Shown here: positions 27,868-42,060 of the stretch, one piece after another
How positions within the stretch are numbered: position 1 is the stretch's first letter
Layout: every line of letters begins with the position of its first letter
Source: Eledone cirrhosa
Lineage: Eukaryota
NCBI GenBank assembly: GCA_964016885.1
Contig: OZ024740.1
Location: forward strand, 244,838,001 to 244,902,000
DNA: 64,000 nt
Direction: 5' to 3'
Position numbers and translations under genes: made by a program
Notes under the pieces: model-generated
What the model was told of the DNA's origin: nothing
Database searches by the model: none
What the model saw: only the letters and a program-made list of their open reading frames with translations

Positions 27868-28839
27868 CGATCTTTCGAAGCAGAGTTTCCAAACTCGATT
27901 ATCGCATCGATCGTGCCTCAAGCTGGTCGTCAGAGAAACGATTGTAATATGTCTAATACATTTTAATTCCTCGCACCACTGATTCTCCGTTTCTTATGTG
28001 ATATTATACTCTGCTCTGTAGGAGCATCGAGTGCTCAAACCGCCTACCGCATACGGACGCTTTAAGCATCCCACACCAATTATATATATATACGAGAGAG
28101 AGAGAGAAAAGAAAGAGAGAGATAGAGAGAGAGAGAAGAGAGAGAGAGAGAGTGAGAGAGAGAGAGAGAGTGAGAGAGAGAGAGGGAGGGAGAGAGAGAG
28201 AGAGAGATGAAATAGTTCTGCAATGTGCTACAAACAACTCACTGCAGTTGTTGTCACCTCGTCTCTTAGATATAGATAGGCTATTTAACTTCACACACCT
28301 CACTTCACGCAAACGAGGCTATTACAAACACGTATCCGATCTTAGTGTTGTCTGTAACGGAAGAAATTAACGGGAAACTACTCCTTAATATACTTCCTAT
28401 GGAGTTCCTGAGATGCTCCATTACGCAACATTGTCAAAGGAATTTTCAAGGTTGATACCGCATAAGTGATATGTTTTTTGTGTGTTTTAAAAAAAAAATA
28501 TTTTTGTTTCTTTTAATCATTCATTGGTTGATTTACGAAATGGGTTTTATAAAATGAACACTTTCTGAACGATTGGCTGAATTAAAGTTAAAACTGTAGT
28601 TATGGGTTAGTTGTAGTGTATGTTGGTTTAATGGATTGTAAATGATGCTATAAAATCCCTGACAGTGCACGGTGCTGGTAGGTGGCTCAAGATACGGTGC
28701 AGAACTAAATACTATACCAAAATGAATGAATAAATCAATATATTGCAGCATCATTGAATTTTTGCAGCTTCATATAGAAATATAGTAGCATTTCTTACCT
28801 TTTATTACAATTACCTGCATACAAAAGTTACTTTCTTGC

Positions 28840-29025
28840 GGTGGATTGGCAGTATCAGTAGAGGGTCGGACGCCATGCTTTCCAGCATAGTTACGTCCCT
28901 TTACGATCTGAGTTCAAATCCCGCCGAGGTTGACTTTGCCTTTCATCCTTACGGGGTCGATAAAATAAAGTACCAGTAATGCACTGGGTAATTGCTGGCC
29001 TTGTGCCTAAAGTAGAAACAATTAT
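28840..29025 (+). mobile_element. tRNA-derived SINE, family 1
   Basis: Near-identical to 21846-22027 and 30239-30420. Confidence 0.88.
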
Positions 29026-30238
29026 ATTTACATACATATTATTGTTAAAATTGACTACTTTTGCATTATTTGAAGTTTATTGATGGTGAGGCAAACGCCA
29101 TATCAACGAAGAAATATTTTCACCACTAACGGAATTATCGTTGAGTTTCAGTGTCATGAGACAAAGTGTTGTAATTTTCTATAAAAAAATTTGATTTTAC
29201 GACCTTATTTTAAAATTATCTCCGTTTTTTTTCTTTGTTTTTGTTTAAAGCATCTGCTTATTTTAAGTTATATCGCATTTATCTTTCCAGTTATGTAGAG
29301 CATACTTTGTTCAATTATTGGCCAGTTGATGTCGAAATTGTCATCGTGCTTTCAAGCTCCACACATATCTAAATAAAGTTGTGGCATTTCGTTTCTCCTT
29401 AGTGGAATTATGCTTAAGTAAAAGGCTTTTAAAACTGCTTTTGTTTAAAAGCTCTTTTTTATTCTTGTTTTTCTAATCTCTGGCTGTCAACATGTACCAA
29501 AAAATCTTAACGTTGTAAAATTGTTTTCATCTGAGTATGTGTACACTAAAATTAATTACTACATTAATGTTAGGCAAGTAATCTTTTGTGCACACAATAC
29601 TTTATAGTGTGCATATTAATCTATTTCGTGCACTAGTGGTGGAAACATGTGTCTGTGTACCCACACGCACACACAGTTTAAAGGAAATAGTGGATGGGAA
29701 TTCAGCAGTTCAGTGTTATAGAATAGGAGAGTTTGATTTCATAAGCAATGAATGTTTCAGGTCCTTCATCTAACAGAGAGAGGGAGAGAGGGAGAGAGAG
29801 AAAGAGAGAGACAGAGAGAGAGGGGAGAGAGAGCTGGTATTGTCGTTTTGCTATATGCTTGCCCACAACCGAAGTGAAACACTAATTTTTAAGTAACTCC
29901 AATTAATTTAAATTTCCGATCAGAATTATTGGTTAAGCTAATATTTCATATTTTCTTTCCTATGTGCAAGTGTAATTCTACTTAATTATCATTTGTTGAT
30001 TCACTATATTAAGAATGTTAGTATCCATTAAGATATTTGTTTTTCGTGCTTCCAGTCATTCTTATTTTTACTCCAACTTTCCACTGAAGTAAGCCATGTG
30101 TCATAATTCATAATCATAGACATTAGTGAACTAAATAAGGAGAATATTATGCATTTGTACTATATTATTTTCAAATATGAGTCAAATAAAACCATGTATA
30201 ATTTGATATACAAGTTATACTACTTTTAAATAAATAAT

Positions 30239-30420
30239 TGTTTCTACTTTAGGCACAAGGCCAGCAATTACCCAGTGTATTACTGGTACTTTATTTTATC
30301 GACCCCGTAAGGATGAAAGGCAAAGTCAACCTCGGCGGGATTTGAACTCAGATCGTAAAGGGACGTAACTATGCTGGAAAGCATGGCGTCCGACTCTCTA
30401 CCGATACTGCCAATCCACAG
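30239..30420 (-). mobile_element. tRNA-derived SINE, family 1, with TSD
   Basis: TSD 'cttttaaataaataat' at 30223-30238 and 30423-30438. Confidence 0.9.
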
Positions 30421-30969
30421 CCCTTTTAAATAAATAATACAACTTTATGTGAAAAGTAAATTAAGTAGCTACACTACAGCTTTTTTATGTGTGGACAGAA
30501 AAGGCGACATCGATCTAACTAGATTTTGGTTGTGTTATAATTCCTTCGAAGAAAATATCCATTTTCTGTCCACAGGGGGATTAATTGCTTAAAGATGTAG
30601 CTAGCGTACACAAACCAAGACTCAGCTAACTTGATTGGACTAATTTGACTAACAGTGCATGTGTTGTCAATGTGGTTTAATAAATTCATAAAGCAATACA
30701 TATTGCTTTTGGATAGGTTGCATTGTAAGGAACATTTCTTCTTAAATAAGCATACAAATTGTATCCTCACAAGAAAAAATAAACATAATAGTTACCTCAC
30801 AGGTTTTATTTCTCAGTAGCCAGAAATGGGATCGGTTTTATTAGTTTCTGCTCTTTTAGATCTTCATCGAAGAAAGACTACACATTTGTTGCCTACTCTT
30901 TATAACTATTTATAGCATATATAAATTGGAACTCAATTAATTCTCACCTATCTATCAATCTATCTATCT

Positions 30970-33900
30970 CCGATGGTAGACGTGTGCCAGTCTGTCTCGC
31001 TGGTAAGTTTTTGTCTTTTTTGCATACAAAAAACAAAAATTATTTATTAAAAAATATTCCATCTTGTACATTGATCCCTCCCCCGTCTGAATTGTCAGCG
31101 GGTGGGTCATCGCATTTTTCGCGAATTTCGAAAATTCCAGAGAGAGTACCATTTGACAATAACAATTACATTAACATTTCTACTGAAGGAGGAGGCCACA
31201 CTGCTTTCGATATTCCAGTACATCGTATTTAAAGGCCTCATGTCCTTTACAAATAAACATTAACAAAAACAAAAAAGTACTTTTGCCAACACCAACACTA
31301 AAACCACAACAACAACAACTCACAAAACAAGCAAACACACAAAAACCAACATCTGCACAACCACAAACAACAGAAAAACACAAACAATTCCCCTGAAAAA
31401 CACAGCCCCCCCCCCCTCCCACTCCCTTCAACACTACCACAACCACAAACACAATTGCCCACCATCAAAAGAAAGCTACAAAATGAACAACAAACAACAG
31501 TACGCATACATTAACACAAAAAACAAAGACCTGATGGAGGTCATCTCCAATGACCGCAAAGTAGAGACCGAGGGGAAACCTTTCGTAAAATCAGGAACAG
31601 CACCACACCTGAAAATGATAAGGGTTCCAAAGGAAACCTACGACAAACTGAAAAACCAATTTTCACAGACCGTCGGAGCCCCATGCCAAAAACCTATAAA
31701 CCGCGTCCTATTAAAATGTTTCCCCACCCCACCCAACAGCCCTAACAAACCCAAATGGAGATTGAACAACCCGATCTCCAGGAAATGAAAAGGTAAGTTC
31801 ATCTTTTCGTCTTTTTCGCCAACTCTTCTCTACCAACATGGCAAATTTACGAGTTGGAAGTGTGAATGTACGTGGCCTAGGGATGCCCTGGAAACAGGGC
31901 CAACTTTTAAACGACCTTAGGTCACATAGTATGGATGTGATAGCCATCACCGAGTCCAGGATCCACAACAAGCAGCAACTAACCCCCATATTTGATGACT
32001 TTGAGATCTACGCATCTCTCTGTCAACCAGGAGGTGGAGGGGGAGTAGCTGTTATGTTTCGGAAAAACCTGGACCTCGAAATACAGCAAATACATTTGGA
32101 CCTGGAGAATAGACTGGTGGTCCTAGATGTGAACAGTGTTGCAGGTGGAGCCTTCAGACTGGTGTCCCGACTGGGACATCGCGACCAAACTTCTTCAAGC
32201 GTCTAAAGTCCTTTCTGGGAACGTCTCGCTCCTTGCTTTTAGTGGGGGACTGGAATGATATCCTGGACGCACGTTGGGACTATGTAGGAACATGTATCAG
32301 TAGAGGGGGGGGTGTAACAGCCTCAAAAGTTTAATCGGCCAATTCCAACTGGCCGATTGGTATCGACTAGATTTTCCAACTGCACCACAGTGGACATGGA
32401 CAAATCGCAGTGGGACATCTAGATCGTATTTAGATAGATTTAGAGAGAGAGACAGGAAAATGTTAAGCTGTCCACAAATGTACATGGTTGCTTATTCGGA
32501 CCACAAACTAGTCACCTGCATAGTCAACCATGATAGAACGCATAGACAGGGACCCGGATACTGGAAGCTGAACATGTCGTTACCGAGGCGTAAAGCATAC
32601 AGTAGACGGATAAGTAGTTTAGTTAAGCACCAGTTGACGGGAGCCATCGTCAACAAGGTGGTGGTGCTCTCTCAGGAGAGCAATTAGAGTAGAGACCATA
32701 CCTTTTAGCAAAGAACTAACTTTAGAAAAAGATAAAACAGAAAGAGAACTGGTAGCCAAAGTAGAAGAGGCGCTTAGGAGTGGTAACGCAGCTAGCGTGC
32801 TAGCATCGAGAACGGCACTGGACCAATTCTTCGATGCGAAACACGAAGGCTGCGTTGTCAGGAGTAGATCACGTGCTCTAGGAAACGAGGGAGCAAAAGC
32901 TGTTAGCTGGGCCCGAGTGGAAGCGAAAAGTGGCAACAAGTCCACGATTCGATCTTTGAGAGACCAAAACGGACGCGTGCTACTTGATTCCAAGCAGATG
33001 TGCACGGCGTATCAGTAGCACTTTGTGCAACTGTTCGAGCAGAGCGGTGCACCGACCGAGGCAATATACATCGGTTCATACCTCGACGGCCTACCGCGAC
33101 TTTCAAACATGGACGCCAAGTTCTGCAAAAGACCGATCACAGCCGCTGAGATACGGGATGCTCTAGGCCGCTGAGGGAAACGCAAATCACCCGGTGTAGA
33201 TGGTCTACCCTATGAGTTTTACATAGGCATGCCGGACTTGTTCTCTGGCGTCCTCGAAGCCGTCTACTGCAACTGGCAGTAGAACGGGAGAATTCCCAGT
33301 TCTGTAGGCAGGGAGAACAAAGGGGATGAGATAAGTAACTTCAGGTAACTTCCATAAGTAACTTCCATAACTCTCCTAAACACAGAGTTAAAGATTTTGG
33401 CCAAGGTGTTAGCAATGAGGCTGGCGCTTTTCGTCGAGAACCTGGTGGGAAAAGTTCAAACGTGTTCAATTCCAACCAGGTCCATACACGACAACCGCCA
33501 CCTTATGCGATACATCATAGAGAGTAGGGTGTAAACCCGGCTTCGGTGGGGCTCTGATCAATTTAGATCAATCTAAGGCGTTTGATAGAGTCGACCATCG
33601 ATACTTGGAAGCGGTTCTCAAGGTGGCCGTCTTCAGAGGCTGGATCACAACCATGCATACCAACATCTGCTCGACAGTCAAGGTGACCTGCTACCTATCG
33701 GAACCGTTCCGAATCACGCGTTCCATCCGACAGGGATGCCCTCTCTCCTCCATTCTGTACGTGTTGACTCTCGAGCCACTACTGCGGAAGTTGGAGCTTT
33801 TGCAGGGCATTCCTTTGGAACCTAGACTGCGAAAAGCGGCGTCAACTTATGCCGAAGACGTGAGAGAAAAACTGGAACGAGGTCACGGCTAAGGTGTTTG

Positions 33901-35198
33901 CGCTCACCCAGAAGTGGGCAGAGTGCAAACTATCCTTGAAAGGTCGAGCGGAGGTGGCGAATACTTTCATAGCGTCCGTCATCTACTATTGCTTGACCGT
34001 CGTGCCTTGTCCCCGTGAATACCTCACCAAAATGGAACGCATGCTCTTCCAATTCCTTTGGAAGAAGAAGGCTCCACTGGTGAGGTGATCCGTCTGCTGC
34101 CAGCACCCTCCCAACGGAGGGCTTGGAATGCCGTGGCTGATGATGCGCAAACACGCTCTGAGGCTACTGCATCTCCAGGTATTCCTCACTGACCAACCGC
34201 TGTGGGCCCCGTTTGTGAGACAAGTCTTTCCGCAACTTGTCTCGCTGACGGAGATGCAGTTGTGGGTCAAACAGAGACCGAAGAAAATGCGCGCCTGGCA
34301 CATCGAATGCGCTCAGGCGCTCACAGTATTCTGTCAAGCGGGCACAGCAATCAGTGGAGACTCCACTTCGTCATTCTATACAGAGTTAGTGCGGTACAGG
34401 TGCGACGACGTTCTCGAAGAGACTCTGGGCGTCGAAGAAGACGAGCTCACCAGTCTGTTCGGTAGGACTTTCCGCCCAGGACCTATGGACAATTTTCAAA
34501 AGTCCCTGGTCTGGCAGTGCTACCGAGGAGCTCTACCAGTACGCGACAAGATCTACAGGCACGGAAACCCCGGCAGAGATCCTTCAAAGAGGACGTGTAC
34601 ACTGCCCGGGCGTAACAGACCTGAGGAACTACGCAGAACAACTGCTGTCGCGTGTGGGACAAATCCAGTTGACTGCCGAGTCCATAATAAGGATCAAACC
34701 ACCACCTTCATTTAAAAACGAAGGAGAGGCGGTTTTCCTCTGTGTGATGGCTATGGTGAAAGAGGTTATATGGTGGGCAAGGTTGAGATGACTGAGGACA
34801 GATGCCTTTCTTTCCGGACAACTCATTCCCTTCTTTAGATACCACTTTAGAAGGAGAATCAGAGTGTAGAGAGAGGTACTGCACCCCAGTAAATTTACTG
34901 AAAGATGGGTGAATGTGGCGAGAATGACCCGAGTAATTGGGCCTTCTTTGTATATAAACCTGTAGGTTGAAGAAGAGAGCGAAAAGAAGAACGGGGCACT
35001 TGCACAACATGCTCCTGGAGTTGAGGGTTGTTCTATCTACGGGATATAAAACAACCTATTTGTAACGCCTCCCCCCTATTGGGGATTTCGATTGTTATAT
35101 GTTTATGTTAAAATTTTTTTACACGACTGTATGTAAAATCCCCACCATGTCTTTGTATTGCCCCCTTTTCTTGTGCGTTCTTGTGACAAATAAAGAAA
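30970..35198 (+). mobile_element. Near full-length decayed L1/Tx1-clade LINE inserted in (TCTA)n
   Basis: ORF2 starts at 31838 'MANLRVGSVNVRGL...AITES' (APE endonuclease), with 'LVGDWN', 'SDHKLV', 'GPGYWKLN', RT 'KSPGVDGLP', 'LDQSKAFDRVDH', 'RQGCPLS.ILYVL.LEPLL' and 'YAED'; many stops and frameshifts; aataaa before the (TCTA)n; tctatcta repeats on both sides. Confidence 0.9.
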
Positions 35199-35443
35199 TC
35201 TATCTATCTATATATCTATCTTTCTATCTACCTACCTATATATCTATCTTTCTATCTACCTACCTATCTATTATCTATCTATCTACCTACCTATCTATCT
35301 AGTTCTTTATCGTTTTGCATATTCATCTAATCATTAATCTATCTATATATCTTTCTTTTAACCCCTCTTTCTCGCTCTACCTATTTTTTTCTAACTCTTC
35401 CTCTCTTAACGTGATTGTTGCTGCTACTGCTGCTGTGCTACTG

Positions 35444-35489
<46 letters not shown>

Positions 35490-36358
35490 AGTCGTGGGTA
35501 ATTGTTATTGTTGTGATCGTGGAGATGTTGCTGATAATATTGATGATAGAGATAATATGGTGGAGGTGGTGGTGGTGGTGGTGGTGGTGGTGGTGGCGGC
35601 GGTTTTGGTGTCGGCGGTTTGGGTGGTGGTGGTGGCGGCGGCGGCAGCCGCGACTACGATGGTGGTGATGGTGGTGGCGGTGTTGGTGGTGATTAAAATG
35701 TTGGTAAGGAGGAGATACCACTGATGCTGGTAGTGGTGGTGGTGGTGGTGTAACTCTTGTTGATAGCAATGCTGTGATCTGTTAGCTTATCTAACAATAG
35801 CTGTGCCCTAGACTGTTGACAGTAGGTAGAACCAATCAAAAGTTACTTACTTTGTCTCATATACAAGCAGGGAAGCAGCAGTAGAGAAAGGAGCAGTAGA
35901 GAACTGTGGAATGATGAGAGCAGGCTTAAAACACATTGATGTGTTCTTAAATTATACTGCAATGATTCACCTCAATAAACAGACGATTTGGTTGGTTCAA
36001 TGTGTTCCCCTAGTTGAACTGGTAACATAGGTTCGAGATCCGTAAATAGCCCAGCTCGCCTATTCTTGGTAAACGGGGTTACATATTCACTGAAATGTTT
36101 ATATATAGTAGAAGCTTAGCCAATACGATTTCTGTTGATCGTAATAATGGTGGTCGTGGTTTGTGGTAATCTAGTAATGGTAGTGGTTAGATAGACGTGG
36201 TACTTTGCTACCTCTGTTGTTGTTTGTGTTGTTGCTGTTATTGTTGTTCATGTTGTTGTATTAGAAATAGATATAGTTTAAAAGCATCTATCGTATGTTG
36301 TTTATTTTCAAACACAACTATGTGTAATGTATACATGATATCTAAATATATATGCGTG

Positions 36359-36437
<79 letters not shown>

Positions 36438-37187
36438 TGTATGTGTGTGTATTTGTGTGTTTTGGTTTGTCTGTGTCTGCGTGAGTAGCGACTATAGTTC
36501 AATGATTCTCAGGCTTAGTACATTTTTCTTTTTTTTTACAGAATTTAGTAAATGTACACTATAGAGTACCATATTCAATGGAAGAATTTAAGCATATGAA
36601 TACAACTTAACCACACTTGAAGAAATTTCGTTGAGCGCGCACCGCAAATACCCAACAATTAACTAGACTTGATTATTTCCCTTTATTATTAAAATTAAGC
36701 GGCCATCTCAAGACTTGGGGGTGTTGACGACTGATCAACCCATTTTTCAAACTTCTTGTTTTATATTTAACTGAAACAGAAGACAATTTCTGCGTATGGT
36801 TTTCAACGATTGATTTAGATATTTTGAATATGTAACAATCTTACATTACCTACAGGACATAACTACAGTTTAGTAACACACCTACCACAATTTGGTTCTT
36901 CATAACTTTTATTTTTAATTGATTTTGCTGAGATACATTTTCGAAGGTGTAGATTATGATTATGCTGATAAATTGTTTTTGGTTTAATTCTATCTTTTAA
37001 TATAAGAGCATACTTTCGTTCGTTAATGTTTTCATTTATCGAATATTATCAATCCATATTTGCAGTCGACTAAATGCAATTTCGGAAAGTGTTTCATCAT
37101 GCCTTCCAATTTTACGTTGATAATGAATTATATCAATCAGGATAATGACATAGATTTTGTACTGAAAGTTAATGTCATTTTAACAAC

Positions 37188-37294
<107 letters not shown>

Positions 37295-37480
37295 TAATAA
37301 AAACAATGAAATATAAACAAAGAACATGTTCCTTATAGTAAAAAATACATCATTTTACGATCGTTCTAGGGTGTATGTGTGTGTTGGTATGTATATCATA
37401 TAGATCTATGTAAAAATATTACAAATTATCAGGGGAAATATACATACCTTCACATATACAAGCCGTCCTCACCTCAGAAA

Positions 37481-37519
<39 letters not shown>

Positions 37520-37527
<8 letters not shown>

Positions 37528-37770
37528 AAGGTTGTAAAAATGCGTCTGTAGGCGGTATGCCGTTTGAGCACTTGATGCTCACGTGGAGCAGAGTATTTTA
37601 TTATAGATAACGAGGAATCAGTGATACATTAAAACACAATTTATTAACATATTACATATGTTTCTCCGACGATCAGCTCAAGGCAGGATCTATTATAGAT
37701 CTATAATAGATCCTGCTGGTGGCCGTATCGCTCTCTGCTACATGCGACATCAAGAATCTCGCAAAACAAA
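37520..37770 (-). mobile_element. Diverged copy of the family A HHR element
   Basis: Reverse-complement similarity to 27900-28080 ('gagcacttgatgctc', 'catattacatatgtttctccgacgatcagct'). Confidence 0.6.
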
Positions 37771-37839
37771 TACAAAAACGAAGTATATGAGTATGTATGC
37801 ATGAGCGTGTGTGTGATGTGTGTGTGTGAAAAAGACTTA

Positions 37840-38046
37840 AATAATTGTTTCTGATTTATGCACAAGGCCAATAATTTGGGGCTAGGGTAAAAATTGATTA
37901 CTGGTACTTTATTTTATTAAAAATTGATTATTGGTACTTTATCTTAACGACCTCGTAAAGATGAAAAGCAAAGCTAACCTCCACTGGATTTGAACTCAGA
38001 ACGCAAAGTATGTTGTCCGACGCTCTAGTGATGCTGCCAATCCACG
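37840..38046 (-). mobile_element. Diverged SINE, family 1
   Basis: 'ataattgtttct...ggatttgaactcagaacg...gctgccaatccac'. Confidence 0.7.
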
Positions 38047-38452
38047 TCTTGAAATAGACACAAATAATCTACACAAACACACACAAACACACACAAACAC
38101 ACACAAATATATATATATAAAGGCGATTGGTTTAGATGTTAGGATGTTTCACATATGATCGTAAAGTAGTGAGTGTGATTCCCGGCAGTGCATTGTGTCC
38201 TCGAGCGAGACACTATATTTCCATTCAGCTGGCTGAAATTAGTATTACCTGCAATTCAAATGGCCAGCTTTGTCACATGCTGTGTCATGCTGTATCTACC
38301 TGAGAATTGCGTTTCAGGTACATGAGTCTCTGAACCTCATAGCCATTTTCACGTTAATCTTCTAGAACAGGATTCGGAACCGATGGAGATCCAACATTTA
38401 TAGATACATACATACATACACACACACACATTCACACACACACATATATATA

Positions 38453-38485
<33 letters not shown>

Positions 38486-38546
38486 GTATATGTGTGTGTA
38501 TGTGTGAGTGTGTGCGTGTGTGTGTATATATATTACCATAACAGAA

Positions 38547-38629
38547 GTCCGACGAGCTTTTGATTCCAGAATTGGGCTAGATCGATACGGATCGAACATT
38601 GAGCTGATCAATCGCGAAACGCGCGTCAC
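38547..38629 (+). ncRNA. Hammerhead-like motif with CCGACGA core
   Basis: CCGACGA (38549-38555), stem II gc..ttgat/atcaa..gc, GAAAC-gcgc-GTC; stem I reduced to 2 bp; flanked by (TA)n. Confidence 0.55.
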
Positions 38630-38668
38630 ACCACAATATGAAGATCTAACACTTCGTCCTTTTTATTA

Positions 38669-38728
<60 letters not shown>

Positions 38729-38989
38729 GGCACACATAACAAAATATGGGCAACTCAACAAGATATCGAGAACTAAGATGCTGATTATGATGATGATGAT
38801 GATGGTGGTGATGATGGTGATTGAGCAAACAGTTGCTTTAGTATAAGTTACCATTTCTTCTGAACTAGTTTTTTTTTGAGAGTGTGTGTGTGTGTGGGAC
38901 CTTGTGTGTATGAATGTATGTATGTATGTATGTATGTATGTATGTATGTATGTATGTATGTATGTATGTATGTATGTATGTATGTAGGT

Positions 38990-39690
38990 ATGTATGCATG
39001 TATGTATATATATGTATACATATGTAAGTATGTATATTTGTACATATGTATGTATTTATGTATTTATGTATGTATGTATGTATGCATGTATATATATATG
39101 TATGTATATGTATGTAAGTATGTATATTTGTACGTATGTATGTATTTATGTATGTATGTATGTATGTATGTATATATGTATGTATACATATGTAAGTATA
39201 TATATTTGTACATATGTATGTATTTATGTATTTATGTATGTATGTATGTATGTATGTATATATATATGTATGTATACATATGTAAGTATGTATATTTGTA
39301 CGTATGTATGTATTTATGTATTTATGTATGTAGGTATGTATGCATGTATGTATATATATATGTATGTATACGTATGTAAGTATGTATATTTGTACATATG
39401 TATGTATTTATGTATGTATGTATGTATGTATGTATATATATATGTATACATATGTAAGTATATATATTTGTACATATGTATGTATTTATGTATTTATGTA
39501 TGTATGTATGTATGTATGTATATATATATGTATGTATACATATGTAAGTATGTATATTTGTACGTATGTATGTATTTATGTATTTATGTATGTATGTATG
39601 TATGTATATATATATCTATGTATACATATGTAAGTATGTATATTTGTACGTATGTATGTATTTATGTATTTATGTATGTATGTAGGTAGG
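38990..39690. repeat. Minisatellite, ~8 units of ~78-94 bp built on a (TATG)n background
   Basis: Recurring 'atgtaagtat(g/a)tatatttgtac(a/g)tatgtatgtatttatg'. Confidence 0.9.
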
Positions 39691-40005
39691 TATGTATGCA
39701 TGTGTGAATGTCTATGTTTTATACATAAAGAACAAAATTAGAGACCATTCCTTCCTCACATTGATCTAAACCTAACTATAATTGTGACGCATCTAAATAT
39801 GACTTTTACCTCTGTCTTCTCTGTTGCGTAACAAACACCTTAAAACAGCCACTTTTCTTGGCAATCAGTAAATTATGTCTTTAAAAATATGAACATGTTT
39901 CTGTAGTTTGGTCATTGTTTATTTCGGGGGTCTTCAAGAGATGTTAGGTGGTTGGATGGTGAAACGAATCTAAATTTAGTACTTCTTCCTCGTTTGCTCG
40001 TTAGT

Positions 40006-40114
<109 letters not shown>

Positions 40115-40438
40115 AGGTAGTAATATGTGCTTACGCCGTATTTGCCTACATAGAATTAGTCTGTTAGTTGGGACTTTTTAAAAATCCCTCTGAATGGAAA
40201 AAAAGGATCAGTATTGACGTACATGGGACACGAACCCACATCTTTGGATTACCGGAACAATGTCTTACCATTACACCAACACATTGGTAACACATTGTTC
40301 CGGTAATCGAAAGATGTGGGTTCGTGCCCATGTACGTCAATACTGATCCTTTTTTTCCATTCAGAGGGATTTTTAAAAGCCCCAACTAACAGACTAATTC
40401 TATGTAGGCAAATACGGCGTAAGCACATGTTACTACCT
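40115..40438. repeat. Head-to-head palindrome of a tRNA-derived element between (TA)n tracts
   Basis: Arms of ~150 bp; minus-strand head 'tggtgtaatggtaagac...ggttcgtgtcc' (A/B boxes); third partial copy at 40557-40638. Confidence 0.85.
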
Positions 40439-40480
40439 AATATATATATATATATATATATGATGTATGTAAGTATGTGT

Positions 40481-40525
<45 letters not shown>

Positions 40526-40695
40526 TGTGTGTGTGTGTGTATGTGTGTGTGTGTGTCCATTCAGAGGGATTTTAAAATCCCAACTAACAGACTAATTCTA
40601 TGTAGTCAAATACGGTGTAAGCATATGTTACTACCTAATTTTCAAATTCACTAGCCGTTTGTAAAGAAACCCTGCTTTGTGTCTCCCTATACATG

Positions 40696-40756
<61 letters not shown>

Positions 40757-41924
40757 TCGGTAACAAGACAGAAACACACGTACTTTATTGGTACCTCACT
40801 ATTTGCCTTAGCTAGGTATTTTTCACCCAAAATACTCAACAAATATTCAAAGAAGTTTTAATTAAACTACATAATTCTATAGAGTAAAAGAATAGTTAAC
40901 CTCTGATGCACAGTATGGAGGAAATATGTGTAGAGAGTTAATAATCTACCTAAGTCGTACACTTGCTTGACCCCTGAAACGAGGACATGGCTAAGTGACT
41001 AACAAGTTCTCTTTGCACTCGTAAGGTCTCAGGTTTGATCATACTGCGTGATGTTGTAACCTAGGGTTGATTGAAGCCTTTTGAGTGAACTTGGGTAGAC
41101 AGAAACTGTCTTGAAACACGTTGTCTGGACTGTACCACTGTGTCAGGCTGATTGTACCGGAAAAACACATTAAGACTTAACCTATGGAATATTCAACCAC
41201 TTACACGTTAATTCTGTAAATAGACTGTTCAGTTGACTGAACAATTAAATGTTTGTCTTACATAGTTTGTCACCGTGTGTATATATAACCGAGAGGTATG
41301 ACTGTTTGGTTAGAAAGTTACCTTCGCAACAACATGATTATGAATTCAATCCTTGGGCAAGTTTGTCAGATCGACAAATGTAATGATATAATAAACTTAA
41401 TCTATTTCCTGGTTAAACACCACCACCTGTTGCAGGCATTTGGGTCAGGTGTCTAGTCCGAAGAGAACTTCCTTCCTTTCCCTCAACCAATCTACGAAGT
41501 CCTGAAACTTTTCGTCGGCACCACCCTTCCTCTTCTGAAAAAAAACGGTAAAGCTTACATTAGACCCAGAATAAATAAGTATTGATAAAAATTATTTTTT
41601 ATTATTACATATGCCGTGTCACAATTTCTATATTCTTTCTCTATTGTGTATTTTCAATTCAGCTTTACTTTAATGGATTTTGAAAGTGCGTCGCCTAGTG
41701 GTAAGTGTATTCGGCTCGCGATCATGAGATCCTGAGACTGCTTGCCTGATAAATGCCAACCATGTTTCGGTTCCATATAGAATTCATAAATATGACACTA
41801 GCTCTGTAATTCAGAGCTTTCCGAAGTGTTCATGTTAGTGACACACTTTTGAAAACTAAATTTTTCGTGGCACTTTTGTTGAGTAACACGAAATTACCGG
41901 AATAAATAAATGAACAATTAATTA

Positions 41925-42060
41925 TCATATCACGTGTCCAATTGTACTCATCATATCACGTGTCAATTGTACTCATCATATCACGTGTCTAATTGTACTT
42001 ATCATATCGCGTGTCTAATTGCATGCATCTGTCTAATTGCATGCATCTGTCTAATTGTAC
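41925..42060. repeat. Short tandem repeats (~25-bp and 18-bp units)
   Basis: 'tcatatcacgtgtc(c)aattgtact' x3-4, then 'tgtctaattgcatgcatc' x2. Confidence 0.85.

Noticed and set aside
36488-36518. Minus-strand agc-CTGAGAA-tcatt-GAAC-tata-GTC-gct
   Set aside because: Two core defects and no stem II; could be a decayed HHR but cannot be distinguished from chance.
40215-40285. Functional tRNA gene (also 4185-4260)
   Set aside because: Acceptor and anticodon stems pair poorly and the sequence runs into a repeated body, so it was treated as a tRNA-derived element.
41925-42060. CRISPR-like array (also the 11-bp repeats at 63118-63165)
   Set aside because: Contiguous tandem repeats with no unique spacers, no cas genes, and a eukaryotic context.
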